From assembly GCA_027063065.1 (NCBI GenBank), contig JAMOSO010000003.1, forward strand, positions 1,524 to 65,523: a stretch of 64,000 nt of DNA, read 5' to 3'. Shown piece after piece: positions 41,063 to 50,133 of the stretch. Both the position numbers and the translations under genes were made by a program. Positions within the stretch are counted from its first letter, which is position 1. Every line of letters starts with the position of its first letter. Source of the stretch: Planctomycetota bacterium (GTDB lineage: Bacteria > Planctomycetota > JAMOSO01). The notes beneath the pieces were generated by a model. That model did not search any database and was not told the DNA's origin. It saw nothing but the letters and a program-made list of their open reading frames with translations.

Positions 41063-43552
41063 CTATTCTTGCTCACGTATTTTAAGTTCAATTAACTTTA
41101 ATCGCAATTTTGTCTCAGCATTGTCTGGATAACGATTTAAGATTTCCTCATAAACACGCTTAATAGCATCGTATAAACGGTTTTTTTCAAAGTTCTCAAC
41201 TAATTTATACCGTCCTTCAATATAATTCATTTCTATTTGTTTTAATTTTTTACATTTATTTAAGTATCCATATAAGTCTTGTACTTGCGTATAGGCTTTA
41301 GACATTGCATAATCACTTTCAAATTTAGTTAACAACTGCCCAGCCAGTACAAAATCACCTTTTGAAATAACTTTTCTAATTTTTTCAACCAATTTATTGG
41401 CTGCTAAATTCATTTGCAATGCATCATAGTCACGTTGTTTTTTTTGTAAGTTTTTACGTAAAACTCTTATTTGCTTCTCCACTGGCAAACCAGCAAAACG
41501 CACTTCATATTGACGACAATCATTATAAAAATGAGCTATCTTTTTTCTATGCTCTGGCATATCAACACGCAAACGCTGAAAGGTTAGTTTTAAATCTGAC
41601 AAAGTTTTACTAGATTTAACTTTAATATCTTCCTGTATCTTACGAGCACTAAGAATAAACTCTGTACCTGCTTTACTGTTTAAAATACTTCTGACTACCT
41701 TACTCGCCTTAGAAAAATCTTTCTCGCTCATAAATAATTTAGCTTGTACCAATAACTTTTTTGATGATTTATTAAACTGTGGGGAATAATTTAAAACTTG
41801 CAAAACCCTAACCTTATCATTTCTATCAGCGATTACAGACATTCCTTGATTACGCAAGGTAAATTCAAAAGGTTGTTCATCTTTAAATATGACCGACTGC
41901 ACAGGATTTTTTAAAACTAATACCTCAGATAATAATTGAGATTTTACATCAGCAGACAAAAACACCTCCTTATCTGCAACCGAAAAAGCTTCAATATCTT
42001 GTACATGCGATGACAAATCCAACCCATAAACTAAAGATGCATCTGCGACTGACGGAACTACATTCCATGCACCATTTACATATTCACAATTTAATTGATA
42101 CGGTTCAAACATATTTTTATCAATATCATATAAGACACCCTTTATACTAGCAGAGGATGCGTTACAAATTAAATCGCTGGTTAAATACCCCATAGTCTGA
42201 CTTCGTAAAACTCCACCAACATACCGTTTAACAAGTTCCAAATTTGCGATACCAACTTTTGCGTCAACTGAAAAGCATAGATTTCCTGCACTTCCTATAG
42301 TGACCATAGATTTTTTAAAAGACATAGAAGCCGATCTGCGCATTACAGCCCCCACACCTCCATCATAGATCGCCACATCATCAATCAAAACAGTGCCATC
42401 AATGCCATAAAACAAGAATGCTGGTTGAACTCTTTCAACACCTTTTGGTATAACAAAATAATCTTCAAAGCTTGCATATTTATTACTAGCACACCAAGAA
42501 CGACCTCGCAATATTACTCCATCGCCATTAACATCTTTATACAACAAAGCCAATTGCACAACGCCAGATTGCAAATCAGTCTGAATATCCACCTTGTAAG
42601 TAATCGTATCGTTATTAATTTCTATAGGATTTGCATAAACCAACTTAGATTCTAAAGTACCTATACTTTGAGCGCCTAAAACCATCAAAGAATGCTTACC
42701 GTCCATAGCATCATCACTTAATTTAATCTCTAATCCACTTTTGATAGTTGCATCCCAACCTTCTAAAATATTAGATACAGATTCAAAAGAAGAATTATTA
42801 AGCAATTTATTAATCCTAGAATCGTGATAATCCGCAGGACGCAAAATAAATGCCAACACAACAACAATTGCCAATACTACAGAAACAATAACTGGCATTT
42901 TTTTTACTAAGCCAATATCGCGTTTAATTATATTTTTTTTATCCTGAATCTCTTTCAAATCTTCATCAGTACCTACAAAAAGTAAAGTTTTACCTATTCT
43001 GAACACATGATTTTGAGACAAATTTATAGTTTCAACTCTAAGTTTGTTAACCCATAAACCATTAGAGCTACCCAAATCTTTAACTACCCAACCTGCACTC
43101 CCCACCTCCACCACTGCATGCCTTTGCGAAACACCAGAATCATTTGACAAAGACACATCACAACCTTTGCGACCCAAAACTACGGACTCATTACCTAAAT
43201 CAACTTTAACCCCTTCATGTGGACCACTTAAAACTTGCAAAAATACCTGCTGATTATTTAAATCTGGCAATTGCCCAAAATAAAATAAATCCTCCCCCAA
43301 AGACACTTTATCGCCTGGACATAATTCTTGTTCACTATCAATCTTGACCCCATCAACAAATGTACCATTACTGCTACCAAGGTCGTCTATCGTAACTAAT
43401 AGCCCGTTATTTATTATTTTACAATGGGTTCTACTTAGGCCTTTTCCATTTAAACTTAAATCGCAACCTTCGTCGCGACCTATTACACAAGTTTCGGATT
43501 CAAATACAAATTCTTCAAAAACCAAACCTTTTTTGACATATAACTTAATCAC
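41063..43552 (-). CDS. Double-FHA-domain transmembrane protein with large extracytoplasmic region (CBM4_9-like beta-sandwich + C-terminal helical/TPR-like tail)
   Basis: 829 aa. Two N-terminal FHA domains (…CVIGRDEGCDLSL…SRTHCKI…LGSSNGTFVDG… and …VVLGRKGCDVSLS…SQRHAVVE…LGSSNGLWVN…). Single TM (VIVSVVLAIVVVLAFIL). Then about 600 aa periplasmic region, part of which resembles a carbohydrate-binding/jelly-roll module ending …GTVLIDDVAIYD. Confidence 0.7.
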   Translation of the reverse strand: MIKLYVKKGLVFEEFVFESETCVIGRDEGCDLSLNGKGLSRTHCKIINNGLLVTIDDLGSSNGTFVDGVKIDSEQELCPGDKVSLGEDLFYFGQLPDLNNQQVFLQVLSGPHEGVKVDLGNESVVLGRKGCDVSLSNDSGVSQRHAVVEVGSAGWVVKDLGSSNGLWVNKLRVETINLSQNHVFRIGKTLLFVGTDEDLKEIQDKKNIIKRDIGLVKKMPVIVSVVLAIVVVLAFILRPADYHDSRINKLLNNSSFESVSNILEGWDATIKSGLEIKLSDDAMDGKHSLMVLGAQSIGTLESKLVYANPIEINNDTITYKVDIQTDLQSGVVQLALLYKDVNGDGVILRGRSWCASNKYASFEDYFVIPKGVERVQPAFLFYGIDGTVLIDDVAIYDGGVGAVMRRSASMSFKKSMVTIGSAGNLCFSVDAKVGIANLELVKRYVGGVLRSQTMGYLTSDLICNASSASIKGVLYDIDKNMFEPYQLNCEYVNGAWNVVPSVADASLVYGLDLSSHVQDIEAFSVADKEVFLSADVKSQLLSEVLVLKNPVQSVIFKDEQPFEFTLRNQGMSVIADRNDKVRVLQVLNYSPQFNKSSKKLLVQAKLFMSEKDFSKASKVVRSILNSKAGTEFILSARKIQEDIKVKSSKTLSDLKLTFQRLRVDMPEHRKKIAHFYNDCRQYEVRFAGLPVEKQIRVLRKNLQKKQRDYDALQMNLAANKLVEKIRKVISKGDFVLAGQLLTKFESDYAMSKAYTQVQDLYGYLNKCKKLKQIEMNYIEGRYKLVENFEKNRLYDAIKRVYEEILNRYPDNAETKLRLKLIELKIREQE

Positions 43553-43580
43553 TTACACTCCTTATAGAGCAATTTAAAAT

Positions 43581-44414
43581 CTAACCACCAACAGGTTTTA
43601 ATATGACTACAGAATAAATAGCTGACAAATCAATTGCTGGCTTAACTGCAACTCTGTAAAACATTTCTGTTGACAATTTCTCAACATTTACAACCGTACC
43701 CACAAATAAACCAGATGGAAAAACAGGATCTGTTCCACTTGTCAAAACCCTATCGTCAAGCTTAACAGCAATATTTTCGTTTGGTTTACCACTATCAAAT
43801 AAATATTTCATGCTACACAATAAGGAAAATGCGTTGGTCTTACCGCCTTCTAGCAAACCTTGTTTTTTATTGCGTTCTATGCAACTAGCTATTTTACAAC
43901 TATTATGAACCAATAACGCCACTGTTGAAGACTTGGCAGATACTGATTTAATACGACCCAATACACGCCCGCCCTGCACCACACCCATACCGACCTTTAT
44001 CCCATCAATTTCACCAACATCAACTGTTAATTCATCTAAAAAATGTTGGTAATTACGCCCTAACACATCAGCAGGGATAGGTATAAACCTAGCAGTTAAT
44101 ATACGATGGTTATTAGTATCTTTTAACAAACGTTCTAAATTAGAAACCTCATCGGATAATGTGATTAATCTATCGTGCATTATCCTATTAGCTTTTAATA
44201 AATGGCTTTTTTGCGACGGTTCCATCGGCCACAAACAATCTGCTACAACATCAAAAACACTAGCTGTTTTGATGCGAGAATGCACTAAAAACCGCGTAAC
44301 TGGAGCAAAAACTGATTGAACTTCAAGACGCGTAAGCTCAGAAGTACTTATAGGCAGATATATTGTCAACGCAATCGCTATTAAAAATAATAACAGAGGC
44401 TTAAAATCAATCAT
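43581..44414 (-). CDS. mreC: rod shape-determining protein MreC
   Basis: 277 aa. N-terminal TM, coiled-coil, beta-rich C-domain with MreC motif (…DDRVLTSGTDPVFPSGLFVGTVVNVE…). Confidence 0.85.
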   Translation of the reverse strand: MIDFKPLLLFLIAIALTIYLPISTSELTRLEVQSVFAPVTRFLVHSRIKTASVFDVVADCLWPMEPSQKSHLLKANRIMHDRLITLSDEVSNLERLLKDTNNHRILTARFIPIPADVLGRNYQHFLDELTVDVGEIDGIKVGMGVVQGGRVLGRIKSVSAKSSTVALLVHNSCKIASCIERNKKQGLLEGGKTNAFSLLCSMKYLFDSGKPNENIAVKLDDRVLTSGTDPVFPSGLFVGTVVNVEKLSTEMFYRVAVKPAIDLSAIYSVVILKPVGG

Positions 44415-44462
44415 GTGTCAAGCAACCAATTGACAACAGACAGGCATTATTAAAACTCTAAA

Positions 44463-45512
44463 TTATTCTTCACGACCGCTTTGTAAGGCGGGAACTAAAA
44501 TATCCAACTGTTCTAAAACCTCACCAGTACCTTTAGCCACAGCGTAAAGAGGGTCTTTAGCAACCATTACTTTAATATTTGTTTCATTTGCAATAACTTG
44601 ATCTAATCCGTGCAACATAGCCCCGCCACCTGTCATTGTTATACCAAAATCTAAAATATCAGATGCAACCTCAGGAGGTGCATGTTCTAAACAATTTTTA
44701 ATAGATTGAATAATTGCAGCAATTGGCTCTGCTAAAGCCTCCCTAATTTCTTCAGAGCTAACTGTTATAACACGAGGCAAGCCAACCATTAAATCACGCC
44801 CTTTTACTTCCATGGTTTTTTCTTCATCATAGGGGAAAGCACTACCTAAATTTATTTTAATTGCTTCAGCAGTGCGTTCTCCTATTAATAAATTATATTT
44901 TTTCTTCATATAATTTATAACCGACTCATCCATAGCATCACCTGCTACTCGCAAAGACTCGCTAATAACAATGCCTGCTAAAGATATAATAGCTACCTCA
45001 GTTGTACCACCGCCAATATCTACTATCATTGATCCTGTTGGTTCTGTAATAGGTAAGCCTACGCCAATACCAGCTGCCATTGGTTCTTCAATCAAAATAA
45101 CTTCTCTGGCACCTGCATTTTCTGCCGAATTAATTACAGCCCGTTTTTCTACGGCTGTAATACCCGATGGAATAGCAATAACAACGCGAGGCTTAACCCC
45201 CCATGATCGTTTATGCACTTTACGCATAAAATAACCCAACATGGCTTCTGTAATATCGAAATCAGCAATTACTCCATTTTTCAAAGGACGTATTGCTACT
45301 ATATTACCCGGTGTTTTGCCCAACATTTTTTTTGCTGCATCACCAACCGCATTACCATTTAGCAATACTTGATTGGTACCTTTTTTAACCGCTACAACAG
45401 AAGGCTCATTTAATACTATGCCTTCTCCACGCACACAAACTAAAACATTTGCCGTACCCAAGTCGATGCCCATATCAACGGACATTAAATTCCAAATTTT
45501 ATCTAAAATCAC
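44463..45512 (-). CDS. mreB: rod shape-determining actin homologue MreB
   Basis: Actin-fold ATPase motifs (GIDLGTANVLV, …DIGGGTTE…). ORF-track start is a GTG at 45512. An ATG 9 codons downstream (MSVDMGIDLGTAN) may be the real start. Confidence 0.95.
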   Translation of the reverse strand: MILDKIWNLMSVDMGIDLGTANVLVCVRGEGIVLNEPSVVAVKKGTNQVLLNGNAVGDAAKKMLGKTPGNIVAIRPLKNGVIADFDITEAMLGYFMRKVHKRSWGVKPRVVIAIPSGITAVEKRAVINSAENAGAREVILIEEPMAAGIGVGLPITEPTGSMIVDIGGGTTEVAIISLAGIVISESLRVAGDAMDESVINYMKKKYNLLIGERTAEAIKINLGSAFPYDEEKTMEVKGRDLMVGLPRVITVSSEEIREALAEPIAAIIQSIKNCLEHAPPEVASDILDFGITMTGGGAMLHGLDQVIANETNIKVMVAKDPLYAVAKGTGEVLEQLDILVPALQSGREE

Positions 45513-45649
45513 TTTAAGTAAAATTCAGTTAATTCTAAATAATTTAAAGTAATAGCTATTACTGTTGCAACAACAGCTATTATCATAAACCAAACATAAA
45601 TACTATCTTTGTTAATAATAGGCTGATCAATAGACTCTTGTTGAAGCAT
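45509..45649 (-). CDS. Possible 46-aa single-TM micro-protein overlapping the junction of the coiled-coil gene and mreB
   Basis: Hand translation gives MLQQESIDQPIINKDSIYVWFMIIAVVATVIAITLNYLELTEFYLS*. ATG 23 nt inside the upstream gene. TGA stop overlaps the mreB GTG start. No SD checked. Speculative. Confidence 0.25.
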   Translation of the reverse strand: MLQQESIDQPIINKDSIYVWFMIIAVVATVIAITLNYLELTEFYLK

Positions 45650-46490
45650 TATCGCCCTCCTTAATTTGTTTTTCTGTATAATCATTTAAGATTCGTGCTG
45701 AACACATATCAGGAAATATTTTTTCAACCTCTACCTTACCTAAATACTCAGAATCACGATATACTGTAAAGCGATAGCCTTGTTTGACTTCGTTTTGACT
45801 GCCAACACTTAGCATTACTAAATTAGCATCTGCTCTCACAGCCAATACTTGAGCCCTTATAGGTGTAGCTGGTCCACCAGAAATTGCAATTTCTTCTACA
45901 GGGATACCATTTTCTCTTAACTGTGCAATTATACCTTTGTTAATCTCCAATTGCTTTGTGACATCTGCTAATTTAATTTCCGCTTTTTCTAATTCAGTCT
46001 TAAGAACCTGCAAAGACTCTTCTGCTTCTGCTCTTTTTGTAGTTGCCTCTAAACGTTCAGCTTTAGCAGTGTCAGTAATTTCTTTAAGTTCGTCAGTTTT
46101 AGCTCTTAAATCCATAACCATCTGATCTTTTTCAGATAATTCTCGATCTTTGGCATCTATTTTCAAATCTTTAGAAGACACAATAGCCTCCAATTTGGTT
46201 ACTCTATTATTAGCTTCACTGAGTTCGTCACGTTTTTCTTTAAAGTCATTTGTCATATTTTCTAGGCTTGTTTTTACCGCCTCTAAAGCATCGTTAGTAC
46301 TAACAATTTTATCTTTCAACTGTGCCACTTTAGATTTCAAGTCTGTTGATTCCTTTTTGTAATCGGCACTTACCTTTTCATATTTACTACGCCAATCAAC
46401 ACGATGAGTAAACAAAACCACAGAGGTTCCACAATAAACGATGCTTAAAATCAACATCAAAAAGGCCATTATTTTTGATACTACATTCAT
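45627..46490 (-). CDS. Membrane-anchored coiled-coil protein with C-terminal beta-rich domain (function unknown)
   Basis: 287 aa. N-terminal TM (IMAFLMLILSIVYCGTSVVLF), about 160 aa of heptad-like K/E/L-rich sequence, C-terminal about 90 aa (…IRAQVLAVRADANLVMLSVGSQNEVKQGYRFTVYRDSEYLGKVEVEKI…). Confidence 0.7.
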   Translation of the reverse strand: MNVVSKIMAFLMLILSIVYCGTSVVLFTHRVDWRSKYEKVSADYKKESTDLKSKVAQLKDKIVSTNDALEAVKTSLENMTNDFKEKRDELSEANNRVTKLEAIVSSKDLKIDAKDRELSEKDQMVMDLRAKTDELKEITDTAKAERLEATTKRAEAEESLQVLKTELEKAEIKLADVTKQLEINKGIIAQLRENGIPVEEIAISGGPATPIRAQVLAVRADANLVMLSVGSQNEVKQGYRFTVYRDSEYLGKVEVEKIFPDMCSARILNDYTEKQIKEGDNASTRVY

Positions 46491-46502
46491 CGATTTCTCC
46501 TG

Positions 46503-46862
46503 TTAGACCAGCGATTTCCTGACCAATGTTCTCATATAATCCCAATTAAAGGGTTTGTCAACATATCCGTAACAATCTAGTTCTATGCACTTCATCAATC
46601 TATTATCAGTGCCATATGCTGTCATAGCGATTATATTAATTTCTGGGTAGATGTTAAGTGTTTCCTTAATTAAATCTATTCCACTTAATTCAGGCATACA
46701 AATATCACAAATTAACAAATCAAACCTGTGCTCAGCAAGTGTTTTTAAAGCTGTTGGAGAATGTGATTCACTAACGACATCGTACTCGTTGTTAAAACGT
46801 TTGACAAAAAGATGTAAAATATCCTCTTCATCATCCACAACTAAAATTCGTTTTTGACTCAA
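46503..46862 (-). CDS. CheY-like single-domain response regulator (receiver domain only)
   Basis: 119 aa. ILVVDDEEDIL…DLLICDICMPELSGIDLIKE…NIIAMTAYG with phospho-acceptor Asp and conserved T/K positions. Confidence 0.8.
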   Translation of the reverse strand: MSQKRILVVDDEEDILHLFVKRFNNEYDVVSESHSPTALKTLAEHRFDLLICDICMPELSGIDLIKETLNIYPEINIIAMTAYGTDNRLMKCIELDCYGYVDKPFNWDYMRTLVRKSLV

Positions 46863-46925
46863 TTCTATCTCCTAATTTGAATTTTTAAACTATTTAAAAT
46901 TGACAATGTAATCTATATCGGCAAA

Positions 46926-47405
46926 ATGTCAAGAATCATGACTATAAAAAAAGACAAAACAAATACAAAAGATATTATCGCACGCAATAAAAGAGCGCGT
47001 TTTGACTACGAAATACACGATGTTTACGAAGCTGGATTAGTTTTGCAAGGTACCGAAGTAAAAAGTTTAAGAGAAGGAAAAGCCTCTATTGCTGGCGGGT
47101 TTGTGCGCATACATGACGATGAGGCCTTTTTGTACGGAATACAAATTAATCCATATAGTAAAGGCGGATATTCAAACCATGACCCTGACAGAACAAGAAA
47201 ACTATTATTGAATAGGCGAGAAATTAAAAAAATAAAAATAAAAACAGAACAAAAGCATATGGCTATTGTAGCCCTATCACTATACTTCACAAAAGGAAAA
47301 GCCAAAGTTGAAATTGCCACCGCTACTGGCAAGAAAGCTCACGACAAACGTCATGCTTTAAAAGAACGCGATATCAAATTACGCATTGATAGGCTAAATA
47401 GATAA
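46926..47405 (+). CDS. smpB: SsrA-binding protein SmpB
   Basis: 159 aa, …IIARNKRARFDYEI…AGLVLQGTEVKSLREGKASI… classic SmpB. Confidence 0.9.
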   Translation: MSRIMTIKKDKTNTKDIIARNKRARFDYEIHDVYEAGLVLQGTEVKSLREGKASIAGGFVRIHDDEAFLYGIQINPYSKGGYSNHDPDRTRKLLLNRREIKKIKIKTEQKHMAIVALSLYFTKGKAKVEIATATGKKAHDKRHALKERDIKLRIDRLNR

Positions 47406-47406
47406 G

Positions 47407-48450
47407 CTATTTCCAATAATACGAAGCTCTTACAATAGCATCTGTTATGGCTTGAGCTATTTTTTGCTGATACTCATCACTAACCAACAACTTAGCCTCT
47501 TGCTTGTTGGTCAGAAAGCCTGTTTCAATCAAGACTGCTGGACAAGGCGACATTCGCAAAACATGAAAACGTGCCTGTCTCACCCCCCTAACCACATTAC
47601 CAACATCCAATTTAAAACAATCACTTAATATAGAAGCAAATGTTTTAGCCATAGCACGATGTTGCTTATTTAAAAAGTGGTATACCCGCCTTTCATACAA
47701 TGTCAAAGAACTATCCATCTCACCAAAAAACCGCTTATTTAAACAATACTTTTTATTCATTTCGCCGGCACGTTCCCAATCATCATAAGTTGCAGAAACA
47801 TAATAAAAATCTGCTCCATGCACACTGGCAGATGCCGATGCATTGGCATGGACTGACACAAACAAATCAGCTCCCTCCCGATTAGCCTTCAACCCCCTAC
47901 CTGATAAAGGCACAAAAACATCCGTATCTCTTGTATAAAAAACTTTAATATTTGCATATTTAGACAACAAAATCCCCACTTTTTTTACTATTGCAAACAC
48001 TATATCTTTTTCACGCACACCATTTGCCATAGCACCAGGATCTTTGCCCCCATGCCCAGCATCTAATACCACTCGAAATTGTCCATCAGCAATTTTATTT
48101 GTATTTTTAGACTTATTAGACGTAGACCACGGAAAAACCTTTAAAAACGATAGCGGCAAAGTAAGACGCCCACCCCGATAACAAATCGGCTCATCTAAAT
48201 TATAATATTGCCCATTAATGGTACAGCCAGCAAGATTCGGCAATAAATTGATTGTTGTAGTAGGCGATTTTAAAGTAATTAGTGAATTAGCCAAGTTTTG
48301 CTCTATCCTCAAACTGTGCCGTTTAACTATCTCACCTAAAGTAATAAACGACCCAGCCGACACTAATGATGCCACACTGCACAAAACAAGGATTAAAAAC
48401 GTTTTTTTCATTTTTTTGAGTATATAGATTAAACACAATAGAGCAAGCAA
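47407..48450 (-). CDS. N-acetylmuramoyl-L-alanine amidase (Amidase_3 family, AmiC-like) with signal peptide
   Basis: 347 aa. Signal peptide, catalytic-domain motifs (VVLDAGHGGKDPGA…, …ADLFVSVHANA…). Confidence 0.8.
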   Translation of the reverse strand: MLALLCLIYILKKMKKTFLILVLCSVASLVSAGSFITLGEIVKRHSLRIEQNLANSLITLKSPTTTINLLPNLAGCTINGQYYNLDEPICYRGGRLTLPLSFLKVFPWSTSNKSKNTNKIADGQFRVVLDAGHGGKDPGAMANGVREKDIVFAIVKKVGILLSKYANIKVFYTRDTDVFVPLSGRGLKANREGADLFVSVHANASASASVHGADFYYVSATYDDWERAGEMNKKYCLNKRFFGEMDSSLTLYERRVYHFLNKQHRAMAKTFASILSDCFKLDVGNVVRGVRQARFHVLRMSPCPAVLIETGFLTNKQEAKLLVSDEYQQKIAQAITDAIVRASYYWK

Positions 48451-48542
48451 GCATTAAAACCTTAACGCACAAGCTTTAACATTGCGTTAAATCTGTTTTT
48501 AAATTAGATTACCTTATAAATACATTTTCAATCAGGAGAAAT

Positions 48543-49943
48543 ATGACTTTTATTAATAATGATTTTATTTTAGAAACAAAATACGCCCAAGACTTATACA
48601 AAAAATACGCCGAAAAACAGCCAATCATAGACTATCACTGTCATTTAATTCCACAAGAAATAGCCGAAGATAGACGCTGGGAAAACATAACCCAAATATG
48701 GCTTTACGGAGACCACTACAAATGGCGAGCTATGCGCTCCAACGGTATCGATGAAAAATTTTGCACTGGCAACGCTAGCGATTGGGAGAAATTTCAAGCA
48801 TTTGCACAAACCATGCCAAAATTGTTACGCAACCCACTATATCATTGGACACAACTAGAACTGAAACGATATTTTAATATAGATACATTGCTGTCGCCAG
48901 AAACAGCAGAAGAAATATGGAATCAAGCCAATAAAATCATACAAAGTCCTGAATTTTCTGCTAGAAAGCTAATGCTAAAAAGTAATGTCAAAACAGTTTG
49001 CACAACTGATGACCCATTAGACACCTTAAAATGGCATCAACTAATTAAAAAAGACAACTTTGCTATCAACGTATTGCCAACATGGCGACCAGACAAAGGA
49101 ATGGCGATAGAAAATCCTGAAAACTTTATAAAATGGACAAATCAATTATCTGTCGTAACCTCTACAAACATAGATAGCTTTGAAAATTTTATAAAAGCAT
49201 TTGAAACTAGACATACGTTTTTTCATGACAACGGATGCCGTTTAAGCGATCATGGTATAGAACAATTTTATGCCACCGATTACTCACAAGCAGAAATCGA
49301 AACCATATACACAAACACCCGCCAAGGCAAAACCCCTAGCGAACTTGAAAATTTAAAATTCAAATCTGCCATGATGCATCAATTTGGCATTTGGAATCAC
49401 AAACGTAATTGGGTTCAACAATTTCATTATGGTGTTTTACGCAATAATAATTCTAGGCTATTTGCAAGCTTAGGCGCCGATACAGGCTTTGATTCCATAG
49501 GAAGTTTTGATACAGCCAAAGCAATGAGCTTGTTTTTTGACAAATTAGACACAAACAACCAATTGGCTAAATCTATTATCTATAACATAAATCCTAGCGA
49601 CAACCACATCATTGGCACAATGATTGGCAACTTTCAAGACGGTAGCGTTCCAGGAAAAATGCAATTTGGGTCTGGCTGGTGGTTTTTAGACCAAAAAGAC
49701 GGTATGGAAGCTCAAATAGAAGCGTTATCACAACTTGGATTGCTTTCACGGTTTGTAGGCATGCTGACAGATAGTCGCAGTTTTTTAAGTTATACACGCC
49801 ACGAATATTTCCGTCGCATTTTATGTAATATACTTGGAAACGATATGCAACAAGGGCTTATTCCTCAAGATATGAATCTAGTAGGCAAAATGGTAGCAGA
49901 CATCAGCTATAATAATGCTAAAGAATATTTTGATTTTAATTAA
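48543..49943 (+). CDS. uxaC: glucuronate (uronate) isomerase
   Basis: 466 aa, near-colinear with E. coli UxaC (…IIDYHCHL…GDHYKWRAMRSNG…MIGNFQDGSVPGKMQFGSGWWFLDQKDGMEAQ…LGLLSRFVGMLTDSRSFLSYTRHEYFRRILCN…). Confidence 0.9.
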   Translation: MTFINNDFILETKYAQDLYKKYAEKQPIIDYHCHLIPQEIAEDRRWENITQIWLYGDHYKWRAMRSNGIDEKFCTGNASDWEKFQAFAQTMPKLLRNPLYHWTQLELKRYFNIDTLLSPETAEEIWNQANKIIQSPEFSARKLMLKSNVKTVCTTDDPLDTLKWHQLIKKDNFAINVLPTWRPDKGMAIENPENFIKWTNQLSVVTSTNIDSFENFIKAFETRHTFFHDNGCRLSDHGIEQFYATDYSQAEIETIYTNTRQGKTPSELENLKFKSAMMHQFGIWNHKRNWVQQFHYGVLRNNNSRLFASLGADTGFDSIGSFDTAKAMSLFFDKLDTNNQLAKSIIYNINPSDNHIIGTMIGNFQDGSVPGKMQFGSGWWFLDQKDGMEAQIEALSQLGLLSRFVGMLTDSRSFLSYTRHEYFRRILCNILGNDMQQGLIPQDMNLVGKMVADISYNNAKEYFDFN

Positions 49944-49948
49944 CCATT

Positions 49949-49986
49949 AAAAGTATGCGCGTATTTATATGCGCATACTTTTAAAC
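49949..49986 (+). terminator. Intrinsic terminator after uxaC (aagtatgcgc…gcgcatactt 10-bp stem + T4A3)
   Basis: 10-bp inverted repeat 49951-49980 with AT-rich loop, followed by tttt. Confidence 0.65.
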
Positions 49987-50014
49987 TTGACTACAATGGT
50001 CAAATCAATATCAT
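49987..50014 (+). promoter_or_regulatory. Sigma-70-type promoter for prs operon (TTGACT-N16-TATCAT) with about 120-nt leader
   Basis: TTGACT 49987-49992, TATCAT 50009-50014. Leader contains inverted repeat ctcag…ctgag around 50030-50065. Confidence 0.5.
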
Positions 50015-50133
50015 CTTCATTTTTAAGTTCTCAGCGTTAGACCGAAGGATTACTCCTCTGAGTTCACTAAAACTTCTATTGGCAGTTAGCCTTGGTTTTG
50101 CGTGGATTCTTAACGTTTTAAAACAAGGAAGAT

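Noticed and set aside
46863-47405. Looked for ssrA (tmRNA) next to smpB
   Set aside because: The flanking intergenic regions are only 63 nt and 1 nt long. No tRNA-like 3' domain (GGTTCGAnTCC…CCA) was found in any larger intergenic region of the window. ssrA must be elsewhere.
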